Notes: a model not told the origin generated them from the letters alone. 64,000 bases of DNA from an uncultured cyanobacterium (GCA_963744145.1 CAVUSO010000001.1:832001-896000); one strand, 5' to 3'. Numbered from the stretch's first letter, positions 1 to 10,122 are shown. A program made the numbers and translations.

Positions 1-273
1 GGAAAATCACTAATAATTTTTTCAACTACTTTTATGCCCGGATCTTGGCGATCGCGAATGGCAAAAACTACTTGATAAATGGGATAATCTTGCTGACAAA
101 AAGATGCAATATTTTGATAGGTTAGACTATCAATTCCACAGAGGGGTTTTAAAATCGTGATCGGTGGATGAAAACTTGGATCAAATTTTCTGGGTTCTTG
201 AAAAAACCTAATCGCGGCATAAATAGCAAAAATATAATAACAAATTGCTGCCCAGCAAAAAATTAATAACATC

Positions 274-1113
274 TTATCTCATTCCTTCACTGGCAGAAAT
301 TAAAGCTACACCAATGCAAATAAACATCGTCCCAAATAACCGACCAGAGGAAACCTTTTCCTGTAAAAAATATCCTGCTCCTAATACACTCACCACATAA
401 CCAAGAGCAGTCATGGGCATCACAAAACTTAGATCAGACCAACTTAACAAAGAAATAAACATAAAGAAAGCTATAGCCATACAAAAAACACCTAAGCCAA
501 GATAAGGATTGATGATCGCACGACGCACCAGTTTAATTAATTCTGGCGATCGCTTAAATTCAACTTCTCCCACCTGTTTCATCCCTTTGCTTAATAAAAT
601 ATCACCGATCGAATCAGATAATACCATTACCATGACTGCAAACCAGGTTTTAGAAACAGAAAAAGAAATCGGTAATAGGAAAAAGAACAAATTTTTTAGT
701 TTATTTCTGATTTTGCTGAATATTTCTTTGCTCACCTCTGGATGTTCACCGATACTAACAACCGAAACACCTACAGAGACTATGAGAGTACCTACCCATC
801 TCACTACAGAAATATTTTCACCTAAGATTAACCAAGCTAATACAGCATTCAAAACATAGTTCGATGCGGTCATCGGGAGCAGATAACTTAAATCTAACCA
901 AGACAGTGCTACTAAGTAAACAAATAGAGCTATAATTAGAAAACCTACCCCCATCCAAATCCAAGGATTCATCAAAATATGTAGAGCAATATCTAACAAA
1001 ACAGCAGGATTGAGACTATTAACTTCGCCAATTTGTCCCATTCCATGACTTAAGCCAATATTACCTAAAGCTTGACAGGCAATTAGTAAGGAAATAATAA
1101 TAAGATTTTTCAC
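274..1113 (-). CDS. EamA/DMT family transporter (two EamA-like halves), hopanoid-cluster associated
   Basis: Hydrophobic 279-aa protein with two similar halves (LSWLDLSYLLPMTA / LSWSDLSFVMPMTA); overlaps the end of hpnK by 4 nt. Confidence 0.8.
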   Translation of the reverse strand: MKNLIIISLLIACQALGNIGLSHGMGQIGEVNSLNPAVLLDIALHILMNPWIWMGVGFLIIALFVYLVALSWLDLSYLLPMTASNYVLNAVLAWLILGENISVVRWVGTLIVSVGVSVVSIGEHPEVSKEIFSKIRNKLKNLFFFLLPISFSVSKTWFAVMVMVLSDSIGDILLSKGMKQVGEVEFKRSPELIKLVRRAIINPYLGLGVFCMAIAFFMFISLLSWSDLSFVMPMTALGYVVSVLGAGYFLQEKVSSGRLFGTMFICIGVALISASEGMR

Positions 1114-2034
1114 GATCGGATCTCTTGATTGTTAAAATTGGTTAACTCAAACCCACAAGTAAAAAGCAGATCACGAACTTTTTCACTGACTAAAGCATTT
1201 AATTCTGCTTCACCTAAACCGAGGGGACTATTACTTGGTTCTCCAGCTATAGCGATCGCAGGATGGGAATAAATTTCGACTAAATCTGCTTGAATTTGGG
1301 GAATCAAACCGAGAAGATAATCTTCTGTCATTTGACCGGTTTGGAGTAATCCATAGACAGATTCAACTAAACCAATATTTTTGGCTTTCAATAATTTCTC
1401 TCCCTGAACGTCTTAACGCACTAAACACCAAAGACCAAACTAATTTCATCAAGAAATTCCGCGAATCAATCTTTAAGGTAAACTGCAATTCTTCTTGTGG
1501 TAATCTAATGACTTTAATTTTAAACTCTTCGGCTAAATCGATAATTGTTTGTAAGACAAAAGGATGACAATGAAGGTGTAAATGTCCATCAACATGGGAT
1601 AAAGTTAAACCAGTTTGACGAAATTTTTCTAACTGAGCGCGAATTTCTTGAGGTAATTCTGCTCTAGCACCTGGGTGAAACTGATAACGTAAACCAGTCA
1701 TCAGTGGATCATTGGGAAAATTACCTTCCCGATCGACTAAATGAGGAATTTGACTCGGAGGTAAGACTGATTTACCACAACCCACAACTAGATGTAAACC
1801 TACTGCTAAATGGGGACGTTGACGAGCCATTTCTACTGCTTCCGGAAATGCTGCTCCTGTTACCATTAAACTGGTACTGGTGAGGATACCGCGATCGTAA
1901 GCTTCGATAATAGCACGATTAACTCCACTGGAAAACCCAAAATCGTCACCATTGACAATCAGTAAACGACGACGAAATAGATTATTTGGATTAGCAAGAG
2001 TATTTAGATCGGAAATTAAGTTTTGACTCATCAC
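1110..2034 (-). pseudogene. hpnK: Hopanoid biosynthesis-associated protein HpnK (YdjC/ChbG family), split by a +1 frameshift at about 1402-1404
   Basis: IVNGDDFG, VGLHL and HVDGHLHLH motifs in ORF 1363..2034. Removing one G from TCAGGGAGAG joins it in frame to ORF 1110..1391 (RRSGEKLLKAKNIGLVESVYGLLQTGQMTE...EIYSHP). May be a sequencing error. Confidence 0.8.
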
Positions 2035-2055
2035 TCATGGGTAAAAAACTGGCAC

Positions 2056-2120
2056 TGTCTTAGTAGGGGCGTATAGCTATACGCCCTGTCTTAGTAGGGG
2101 CGTATAGCTATACGCCCCTA
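2056..2120. repeat. Tandem pair of palindromic REP-like units GTAGGGGCGTATAGCTATACGCCC
   Basis: CTGTCTTAGTAGGGGCGTATAGCTATACGCC occurs twice in tandem, each copy a hairpin. Confidence 0.8.
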
Positions 2121-2158
2121 CAGGATTTTCATACCCTGATTAAGCAACGCATTATTCC

Positions 2159-3664
2159 TTATACTTGGACTGGGGTTCCAGCTTTAGTATGGGCTGAGGT
2201 TTGTTGAAGACGACGTTCTCGCAGATAGGAGAAAAATTCACCCCCTTCTCGCAGACGACGAATCAACATTTGCCGATCGCCTAGCATTTCCCGCACAATG
2301 GGAATAATCGCTTGAGGACGGAAGTAAAATTTGCGGTACATTCTTTCTACCCCATCTTCAATTTTTTCTTTAGATAGATTGGGATATTGCAGAGTAGAGG
2401 TTTGAATGCCAGAATTAGCGACTAAAGTATGATCCGCAAACCAACCATTTGCTTGAGCTTGAGCATAAAGTTCAGTTCCGGGATAGGGAGCTGCGATCGA
2501 TACTTGAATGGTATGGGGACTAATATCACAGGCAAAATTAATAGTTTCTTCAATGGTTTCTGGTGTTTCCATTGGTAATCCTATGATAAAAGTGCCATGA
2601 ACCGTAATCCCGAGTTTATGACAATTTTGCATAAACTCCCTGGCTACTTCTAATTTGATCCCTTTTTTAATCCGGTTTAAAATTTCTTGGTTACCCGATT
2701 CAAACCCAACTAACAGTAACCTCAACCCATTATCGCGTAATTGTTTTAAGGTATCATAATCCAGATTAGCTCGGGCATTACAACTCCAGGTGAGGTTGAG
2801 TCGTTTCAGGTATTCACTAATTGCGATCGCGCGGTGCTTATCGATGGTAAAAGTATCATCATCGAACATATATTCCCGGACGCGATCGCCAAAAATTGAC
2901 TTAGCTTCTGCCATCATTTGACCAACTGCTGCTGGACTTTTAGCCCGATATTGATGTCCACCAATAGTTTGGGGCCAAAGACAGAAAGTGCATTTAGCTG
3001 GACAACCTCGTCCAGTATAGAAGGAAATATAAGGGTGCAGCAAATAGCCGATGAAATATTTCCGAATATCTAAATCACGATCATAGACTGGTAAAACACT
3101 GGGCATCGCATCCCAATCGTGAATTAATTCCCGATCGGCGGTATGCTGAATTTGGCCATAGCGATCGCGATAGCTCAGTCCTTTAATTTGATCCCAGGGT
3201 TTTCCTTGGGCTAACTCCAGGCAAGTATAATCAAATTCATGACGACAAGCAAAATCAATGATCGGATGATCTTGGAGAGTTTGTGCTGGTAATACCGCTA
3301 CATGGGCACCAATTAAGCCCACCTTCACCTGGGGATTTTGGGCTTTAATCGCTTCAGCACACTTAACATCATTAGCTAAAGAAGGGGTACTGGTATGTAG
3401 AATCACCAGTTCGTAATCCTGAGCAATTTTCAGGACATCATCAACAGTTTGCCCATGGGGAGGAGCATCGATCAACTTGCTACCGGTTACCAGTGCTGCG
3501 GGTTGTGCTAACCAGGTAGGATACCAAAAAGAAGTAATTTCCCGTTTAGCTTGGTAACGGGCTCCAGCACCACCATCAAACCCATCAAATGAGGGAGGAC
3601 TAAGAAAGAGGGTTTTTTGCACGCATTTCTCCTGTTCAGATTGCTGATTGGTACTGTCAATCAA
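2159..3664 (-). CDS. hpnJ: Hopanoid biosynthesis-associated radical SAM protein HpnJ
   Basis: N-terminal TLFLSPPSFDGFDGGAGARYQAKRE, CxxxCxxC motif (CPAKCTFC), adjacent to hpnK. Confidence 0.93.
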   Translation of the reverse strand: MIDSTNQQSEQEKCVQKTLFLSPPSFDGFDGGAGARYQAKREITSFWYPTWLAQPAALVTGSKLIDAPPHGQTVDDVLKIAQDYELVILHTSTPSLANDVKCAEAIKAQNPQVKVGLIGAHVAVLPAQTLQDHPIIDFACRHEFDYTCLELAQGKPWDQIKGLSYRDRYGQIQHTADRELIHDWDAMPSVLPVYDRDLDIRKYFIGYLLHPYISFYTGRGCPAKCTFCLWPQTIGGHQYRAKSPAAVGQMMAEAKSIFGDRVREYMFDDDTFTIDKHRAIAISEYLKRLNLTWSCNARANLDYDTLKQLRDNGLRLLLVGFESGNQEILNRIKKGIKLEVAREFMQNCHKLGITVHGTFIIGLPMETPETIEETINFACDISPHTIQVSIAAPYPGTELYAQAQANGWFADHTLVANSGIQTSTLQYPNLSKEKIEDGVERMYRKFYFRPQAIIPIVREMLGDRQMLIRRLREGGEFFSYLRERRLQQTSAHTKAGTPVQV

Positions 3665-3716
3665 TGACAGGTATTTACCTTGACAGTACCAAATTGAAAA
3701 TAATATTCTCGATAGT

Positions 3717-4538
3717 TTACTTTTTCATACCAGCAACCCGTTGGACGAGAGCCATGACCATACTGCGACTGAGTTTATCTTGACCATGAACTAACGCGTC
3801 AATCGTAGCATGGGCTAAGGTTAGGGGGATTTGGCAAAAGTCCAAAACTGGTCCATTGGGTAAAAGCTTTGTATAAGCATCAGCCAAAACTAAATTACGA
3901 CGTGCATAATTTTGCATATCGCTTTCGACCCAACCATCTGGGAAGAAATCAACACCCCGTTGCTGATCTTCTCTGTGATTACGGAGAATATTGACTGCTT
4001 GTAAACCCCGACCAAAACCGATCGCTTGAGCCCGGTTAGTTTTAGTGCCATCATACCAAGCCCAAAGATCTGAAAGCAGTAATCCAACTGCACCAGCAAC
4101 TCCGAAAGTATAACGATCTAAATCTGCTTCTGTATGAATTTTCCAATTACAGCCCGCCCAATAAGCCATCCGATCAGCCATTGCCGCAGTTGCATCCCAA
4201 ATTCGAGGACCGATGGAGGGGGACGCAAGTAGAGCCCATTCCCCAATCCGAACTGTTACTTCTGGGAGGGAAGCTTCCTGCTTGCTTAATACTAACGATA
4301 AGTCTTTCAAGACCAAACCATCACTGGCAGCTTGTAAGGTCAAGCTAATTATTCGCAATAGTTTTGCCTTCGTAGCGTTGTCCAGTTCTGCATGATCCTC
4401 AATTTCATCAATAGCACGCATACATAGATAAGCAGAAGCAACACTCTCTTGCAATCCCATGGGTAAACGGCTAATTGGGATATAAAAAGTCCGACTGGTT
4501 TGTTTGAGAATCTCTAATGCGTCTTGTGGCAAATCCAT
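3717..4538 (-). CDS. Squalene/phytoene synthase family protein (cyanobacterial squalene synthase type)
   Basis: SRTF motif, DEIED Asp-rich motif, GLQAVNILR; next to hpn genes. Confidence 0.88.
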   Translation of the reverse strand: MDLPQDALEILKQTSRTFYIPISRLPMGLQESVASAYLCMRAIDEIEDHAELDNATKAKLLRIISLTLQAASDGLVLKDLSLVLSKQEASLPEVTVRIGEWALLASPSIGPRIWDATAAMADRMAYWAGCNWKIHTEADLDRYTFGVAGAVGLLLSDLWAWYDGTKTNRAQAIGFGRGLQAVNILRNHREDQQRGVDFFPDGWVESDMQNYARRNLVLADAYTKLLPNGPVLDFCQIPLTLAHATIDALVHGQDKLSRSMVMALVQRVAGMKK

Positions 4539-5050
4539 CCGTTCAACTCCTCTAATTTTTCACCCTGACAGTCACTAGCTCCTGGTTAGGGCAACCATTG
4601 TCTGCGCTGTGGCATTGATTCGCCTCTTTGCTCCCCTGTTAATAGCCGTTAGGCAATTACCAGATTAATCTGATTAGCTTAATTTGGGCTAGTGGGGTAG
4701 TAGGGCGTGCCGGGTCATTACAGCAAAATCTCTGGACATTAGCTATTCTGTCAGCTTTTAGCTCACCGCAGGCTAATGCTAGTCTGCGTTATCGCCAATT
4801 ATGGCCCTGATTGGGTTTTCGATTAGCTGAAGTTTCCCAGTCTTACTCATATTTTTTGATGTTGATATTGTCATACTACTCTGTCTCCGGTTTTTTCTGT
4901 GCCCTTATGCGTCTTTCACCTTTGTCAGCGTTTTTGATCATTGTTTCAGCAATTTTTGGTATAATAAGGGGTTATTTACCATATTTGACTGAAATCCTAT
5001 TGTTAACAAAATGTTACCCAATAGTATCAAATCTGTTTTCCACGTCAACT

Positions 5051-5286
5051 AAGTGTTAGCACTAGCTAGACCTGGGGTCAGCAGACTTCTTGCAAAAATA
5101 ACTAGGACAGGCAAGATGCCTGTCCCACAAGGGTTTTTTTGTTGTGGGACAGGCATCTTGCCTGTCCAAAGTGTTAGCACTAGCTAGACCTGGGGTCAGC
5201 AGACTTCTTGCAAAAATAACTAGGACAGGCAAGATGCCTGTCCCACAAGGGTTTTTTTGTTGTGGGACAGGCATCTTGCCTGTCCA
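5051..5286. repeat. Exact 118-bp tandem duplication containing GGACAGGCAAGATGCCTGTCC hairpin repeats
   Basis: 5051-5168 is repeated at 5169-5286; each copy has two inverted copies of the palindromic unit. Confidence 0.9.
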
Positions 5287-5339
5287 AATAAATTGATCAC
5301 TATGACTTTTGTAAGAGATCTAGCCTAGTTAGGATGTTT

Positions 5340-5900
5340 TTAAATGAGCAATTCACCATAATCTTTTAATAAATTCTGTAAAAAATTAGCCGCTGTTACC
5401 GCTGTATAAATCTCTGTACCTCGGGAGTTTTGGCTAATTTGCCATCCGGTCACTGTCTGGGGCGATCGCCATAGATCTAAATGTTCCACTTGTGGATCTG
5501 CATAAAAATTCTCTTTTCCTGAACCGAGCAGAGCCGAACTCCAATGAGTGAAATAATCATGGCTCAAACGAAAAATCGGAAAATTTCCCCCTAATGGTAC
5601 TCCCCACCCGTCTACAGCGATCAATGCTTTGACTTTTCTCCCCTGACCTACCCAAACCCAAGCTGCACCAATTGCTCCCACCACACCAGCACTAAAACCA
5701 ATAAAAACTAATTCTGTTTTTACACCTGATCTACCCAAAAATTGCCAAATGTCAATCGCTGAATAAGCAGGATAATCTTGAACTGGAAAAATCAATATCT
5801 GGTTTGATTGACAGAAATTTCGCCAATTTTCGGACAATCCCTGTAAAAATTGCTCGGTTAGGAATGGGTCATGGATACCTGGACAAATGACAATACTCAT
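5340..5900 (-). CDS. Conserved cyanobacterial alpha/beta-hydrolase-like protein
   Basis: GFSAG nucleophile-elbow motif, DGWGVP, SHDYFTHWSS. Confidence 0.7.
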   Translation of the reverse strand: MSIVICPGIHDPFLTEQFLQGLSENWRNFCQSNQILIFPVQDYPAYSAIDIWQFLGRSGVKTELVFIGFSAGVVGAIGAAWVWVGQGRKVKALIAVDGWGVPLGGNFPIFRLSHDYFTHWSSALLGSGKENFYADPQVEHLDLWRSPQTVTGWQISQNSRGTEIYTAVTAANFLQNLLKDYGELLI

Positions 5901-6036
5901 GGTTGACTTGATCTAATCGGAATTTATCCCCCCCCTAGGGATGTTAACATAAAGATTGGATGGACTTGTGGGAGAATCCTCAGCCCCCCTTGGGCATCAC
6001 CTTGATTTCCAGATTATCCAAGAGAAGGAGTAAGAA

Positions 6037-7179
6037 GTGGTTGCCACTGTGCAAACAACGGATCACGATATATCCTCTACCTTAAGCAGTCAAGATCGGG
6101 TTGCTGTCTTGCTGATGGGTTATGGTGAAGTGGAAAGCTATGCTGATTTTGCCAATTACAATGAACAAGCTTTAAATTTATTGACAGCAAAGTTCGCTCC
6201 TGTACCTACCTGGATTTATCCACCCTTAGCTAAACTATTAGCGATTTTTGACTTACATGAGTGGGATCATCAACACGGACATTTTATTTCCCCTCATAAT
6301 GCTATTTTTGAGCAGCAACGCGCCGGAGTAGAAAAATATTTGCAAGCAAAATGGGGCGATCGCGTACAAGTTTTCAAAGCTTTTAACTTTTGCGCTCCTT
6401 TTCTTCCTGAGCAAGTTTTAGCGGAAATTAAAGCAGCAGGATTTGATAAAATTCTGATCTATCCCTTGTTGGTAGTTGATTCAATTTTTACCAGTGGGAT
6501 TGCAGTTGAACAGGTGAATAAAGCCCTGACTAAATTAAGTGATGGGGGTGAACATTGGGTTAAAGGTCAGCGTTATATCCCTTCTTTCTATAACCAACCT
6601 GACTATATTGATTTGCTAGCTCAGTTAGTTGCTGCAAAAATTAAAACTGATTTAGCTGTAGCACATTTACCATCTCAAACTGGAATTGTGTTAATGAATC
6701 ATGGTTGTCCTCATAAAGCGAAAGGTTTTACTTCAGGAATTGATGAAAGTCAAGCTCTTTATGAAGCGGTGAGGGAACGTTTAATCGATCGTTATCCTTT
6801 AATTTCGATCGGTTGGTTAAATCACGATACTCCTTTGATTGAGTGGACTCAACCTGATGCGAAATTAGCTGCTCAAAATCTGATTGAATTGGGAGCAACA
6901 GCAGTAATTTTTATGCCGATCGGTTTTGCGACGGAAAACCATGAAACTTTATTGGATGTAGATCATATTATCCATGCGGTTGCTCGGAAATATCCTCATG
7001 TGCGATATGTGCAAATGTCTTGTGTTAATGAGAATACAGAGTTTCTTCAGATGGTAGCGCGATGGGCTGATCCTCAGATTGAAGCGTTGTTAAACGAAAT
7101 GAGTTTAACTGTTAATCCTGGTTTAGCTTCCGGTCATCATCACCATGATCATGATCATGATCATCATCACCATCACTAG
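6037..7179 (+). CDS. Ferrochelatase-family (class II chelatase) protein with His/Asp-rich C-terminal tail
   Basis: VLLMGYG, NHGCP and PIGFATENHETLLDV motifs; AAGGAG RBS before the GTG start; tail HHHHDHDHDHHHHH. Confidence 0.8.
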   Translation: MVATVQTTDHDISSTLSSQDRVAVLLMGYGEVESYADFANYNEQALNLLTAKFAPVPTWIYPPLAKLLAIFDLHEWDHQHGHFISPHNAIFEQQRAGVEKYLQAKWGDRVQVFKAFNFCAPFLPEQVLAEIKAAGFDKILIYPLLVVDSIFTSGIAVEQVNKALTKLSDGGEHWVKGQRYIPSFYNQPDYIDLLAQLVAAKIKTDLAVAHLPSQTGIVLMNHGCPHKAKGFTSGIDESQALYEAVRERLIDRYPLISIGWLNHDTPLIEWTQPDAKLAAQNLIELGATAVIFMPIGFATENHETLLDVDHIIHAVARKYPHVRYVQMSCVNENTEFLQMVARWADPQIEALLNEMSLTVNPGLASGHHHHDHDHDHHHHH

Positions 7180-7240
7180 ATATTGGTCAATTGTTTGACC
7201 TCTCCCCCAACCCCTCTCCTCAGAGGAGAGGGGAGTAGAA

Positions 7241-7366
7241 TAGACAAGAAAGCAAAAATAAATAGGACAGGCAAGATGCCTGTCCCACAAAAGTGATTTT
7301 TTCTGGTGGGACAGGCATCTTGCCTGTCAATAAATAGATCAATAAGGACTTTTGCTTTCTTGTCTA
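7241..7366. mobile_element. MITE-like element with 17-bp terminal inverted repeats enclosing GGACAGGCAAGATGCCTGTCC hairpins
   Basis: TAGACAAGAAAGCAAAA (7241-7257) and TTTTGCTTTCTTGTCTA (7350-7366); related partial copies at about 9975-10122 and 58249-58323. Confidence 0.7.
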
Positions 7367-7375
7367 ATGATTATT

Positions 7376-7500
7376 GCGATCGATCCTAATTTGGAACAGG
7401 AAAGATTCTGAGGATTATATTGTAATGAATTGGCTCGGGTCACCCAACCGCGATCGCGTTACCAACTAAACTAATCAATCCTCTAACTATTACTAATATG
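7376..7500 (+). pseudogene. Degenerate copy of an internal fragment of the PARG-like gene (9435-9560)
   Basis: Colinear similarity, e.g. GCGATCGATCCTAATT.GGAACAGGAAAGA and CAACTAAACTAATCAATCCTC.AACTAT.ACTAAT; carries a stop codon. Confidence 0.75.
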
Positions 7501-7513
7501 TCAAGAACAATGT

Positions 7514-8875
7514 GTGATGAAGCTACTAAAATTTTTTGATCGCGAACAGACTATTGCCCCACCTGACTATAACCGTTGGGTCATTGTGATTGCAGCTCTA
7601 TCTATCCATCTTTGCATCGGACAGGTTTATGGATTTAGTGTCTTTAATTTGCCCCTCACCAAACTCATTGGGATCACTCAAAGCGATCCTCAAGATTGGA
7701 ACTTATCGACTTTAGGTTGGATTTTTCCCTGCGCGATCGCCGTTCTAGGAATTTCCGCTACCATATTTAGCGAATGGGTGGAACGGGATGGTCCCCGCAA
7801 AGCAATGTTTGTCGCTGCACTTTGTTTTAGTGGTGGTTTTTTTGTGTCAGCGATCGGTGTAGCAGTTCATCAAATACTTTTATTGTGCTTGGGTTATGGA
7901 GTTTTGGGAGGTATTGGTTTAGGAATTGGCTATATTTCTCCTATTTCTACTCTGATCAAATGGTTCCCTGATCGACCAGGTATGGCAACGGGTTTAGCAA
8001 TTATGGGTTTTGGTGGTGGTGCGATTATTAGCTCCCCTTTTGCAGTGAACTTAATGGAATTTTTTCAGTCACCTACATCGGTTGGGGTGACGCCTACTTT
8101 CTTGACAATGGGGGTGATTTATTTCTGCATAATGATGGTAGGTGTAGTTTTTGTGCGTGTTCCCCCTACCGATTGGCAACCAGCCAACTATCAACCGAAT
8201 TGGCGATCGCAGCTCCTAGTTACCACCGTCGATGTATCCCCTGACAATGCCATCCGCACACCACAATTTTGGTTACTTTGTGTGATGTTATCCGCTAACC
8301 TCACAGCCGGGATGGGTATTCTGAGTCAAGCATCGCCAATGATTCAGGAAATTTTTCAAGTTTCGCCACAAGAGGGAGCAATATTTGTGTCATTGCTCAG
8401 TGTGTTTAATATGCTTGGGCGTTTGATTTGGTCGTCTTTATCTGATTATCTGGGACGCAAGCGCACCTATTTTGTATTTTTCGGCTTAGGTATTATCCTG
8501 TATCCGGTCATTCCTCTGATCGGTAAACTTGGCAATACCGTTTTGTTCGATGTTTGTTTTTGTATCGTCTTAAGTACCTATGGTGGTGTAGTTGCCACCC
8601 TTCCAGCCTATTTGCGCGATCTATTTGGCACAATGTATGTAGGAGTAATTCACGCTAGATTGATCGCTGCTCACTCAGTATTAGGTGTCTTATGTCCTAT
8701 TTTAGTCAACTATATTCGCGAGTACCAAATCAAAATTGGTGTACCGAAGCTTGATTCCTATGCGTTGATGATGTATATCATGGCAGGTTTTCTCTTGATC
8801 GGCTTACTAGCAAATTTGCTAGTAGGGGCTGTTGATTCCAAATACCACCATGTCTTACCCACACCTAGTCAATGA
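7514..8875 (+). CDS. OFA (oxalate:formate antiporter-like) MFS transporter
   Basis: About 12 TM segments; KWFPDRPGMATGLAIMGFGGGA and SDYLGRK motifs. Confidence 0.9.
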   Translation: MMKLLKFFDREQTIAPPDYNRWVIVIAALSIHLCIGQVYGFSVFNLPLTKLIGITQSDPQDWNLSTLGWIFPCAIAVLGISATIFSEWVERDGPRKAMFVAALCFSGGFFVSAIGVAVHQILLLCLGYGVLGGIGLGIGYISPISTLIKWFPDRPGMATGLAIMGFGGGAIISSPFAVNLMEFFQSPTSVGVTPTFLTMGVIYFCIMMVGVVFVRVPPTDWQPANYQPNWRSQLLVTTVDVSPDNAIRTPQFWLLCVMLSANLTAGMGILSQASPMIQEIFQVSPQEGAIFVSLLSVFNMLGRLIWSSLSDYLGRKRTYFVFFGLGIILYPVIPLIGKLGNTVLFDVCFCIVLSTYGGVVATLPAYLRDLFGTMYVGVIHARLIAAHSVLGVLCPILVNYIREYQIKIGVPKLDSYALMMYIMAGFLLIGLLANLLVGAVDSKYHHVLPTPSQ

Positions 8876-8954
8876 CCATCAGCGATCGCGATTACAAATA
8901 TCTGAAGTATTAAGATATAATTAAACCTAAGAATATCAAACATGGGTTCTGGGT

Positions 8955-9965
8955 ATGGATGAACTATTAGAATATCTAATTTATCGTTTTTCTTTCAAAA
9001 CACAAGACCTGGTAAATTCATCACCACCAAAACTAGATCACCCTCATAAAAATATTGTTTATGAAATTGCTTGTCCACCTGATTCTATTCACAAGGGTAA
9101 GTTAGAGTTTTCCCGTTGGTATCCCATTCCCTTACCGGATATTATGACTCCAGCGTATCAAAGAATAGTGTGGGAAGCAAGAACAGATTACTTTGGTTAT
9201 GAACCAAACAGTAATCTTCAGGAGATTGATTGGTATCTAAATTTTGCCGATCCGGATCTGTTTGTTGCTTATGGTAGTCCTCTGTTTGCTCAAGATGAAA
9301 TCCAAGTCGCTGAACATCCAGCTCTAGCTTCTCTCCGAGAGGCTTTATTAAATGCTAAGATTAAACCCTTAACTGTAGAAGATGGTAATCCTACTCCGAT
9401 TTTAATTCGGGGGGTAGAACGACGTTGTGCGATCGCGATCGATCCTAATTCGGAACAGGAAAGACCTTTAGGATTATATGGTAATAAATTTGCTCGGGCA
9501 ACCCCTAATGCGATCGCGTTAGCAACTAAACTAATCAATCCTCCAACTATGACTAATCTGATCGCGATCGCCGCACCAAGAAATAAATACGGTTTCTATG
9601 CTGAGGAAGAAATCGAGAATATTCTTTTAACAGCTTTTACTGGTTTTTTAGCAGCAAAAATTGATTCTTCTCTTCTATCTTCTCATCCAAGAAATGTGGT
9701 AATTCATACGGGTTTTTGGGGATGTGGAGCATTTGGAGGTAATCGGGTTTTGATGGCTCTTTTGCAACTAATAGCAGCGATGTTAGCAGAAATCGATCGA
9801 TTAGTTTTTCATACTGGTGACTCGAGCGGTCTTCAATCTTTTAGAATGGCTCAACAAATCCTAGATGAAGAATTAATCGCAGACAGTGCTTTAATCGAAA
9901 TCTCTACTTTAATTGAGAATATTTATGAAATGAGATTTCAATGGGGAATAAGTGATGGTAATTAG
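8955..9965 (+). CDS. Poly(ADP-ribose) glycohydrolase (PARG)-like macrodomain protein
   Basis: NFAD..., FAQDEIQ (cf. QEEI catalytic loop) and TGFWGCGAFGGN (PARG phosphate-binding loop). Confidence 0.7.
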   Translation: MDELLEYLIYRFSFKTQDLVNSSPPKLDHPHKNIVYEIACPPDSIHKGKLEFSRWYPIPLPDIMTPAYQRIVWEARTDYFGYEPNSNLQEIDWYLNFADPDLFVAYGSPLFAQDEIQVAEHPALASLREALLNAKIKPLTVEDGNPTPILIRGVERRCAIAIDPNSEQERPLGLYGNKFARATPNAIALATKLINPPTMTNLIAIAAPRNKYGFYAEEEIENILLTAFTGFLAAKIDSSLLSSHPRNVVIHTGFWGCGAFGGNRVLMALLQLIAAMLAEIDRLVFHTGDSSGLQSFRMAQQILDEELIADSALIEISTLIENIYEMRFQWGISDGN

Positions 9966-9974
9966 TCCAATTTA

Positions 9975-10122
9975 TGGACAGGCAAGATGCCTGTCCCACC
10001 AGAAAAAATCACTTTTGTGGGACAGGCATCTTGCCTGTCCTATTTATTTTTGTTTTCCAGAAAAAATCACTTTTGTGGGACAGGCATCTTGCCTGTCCTA
10101 TTTATTTTTGTTTTCTTGTCTA
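9975..10122. repeat. GGACAGGCAAGATGCCTGTCC hairpin repeat cluster / MITE remnant between convergent genes
   Basis: Three palindromic units with an internal direct duplication; ends in TTTTCTTGTCTA, like the 7241 element. Confidence 0.75.

Noticed and set aside
5062..5274. 70-aa ORF, and the similar ORF at 9952..10248
   Set aside because: Both are read-throughs of the palindromic repeat elements
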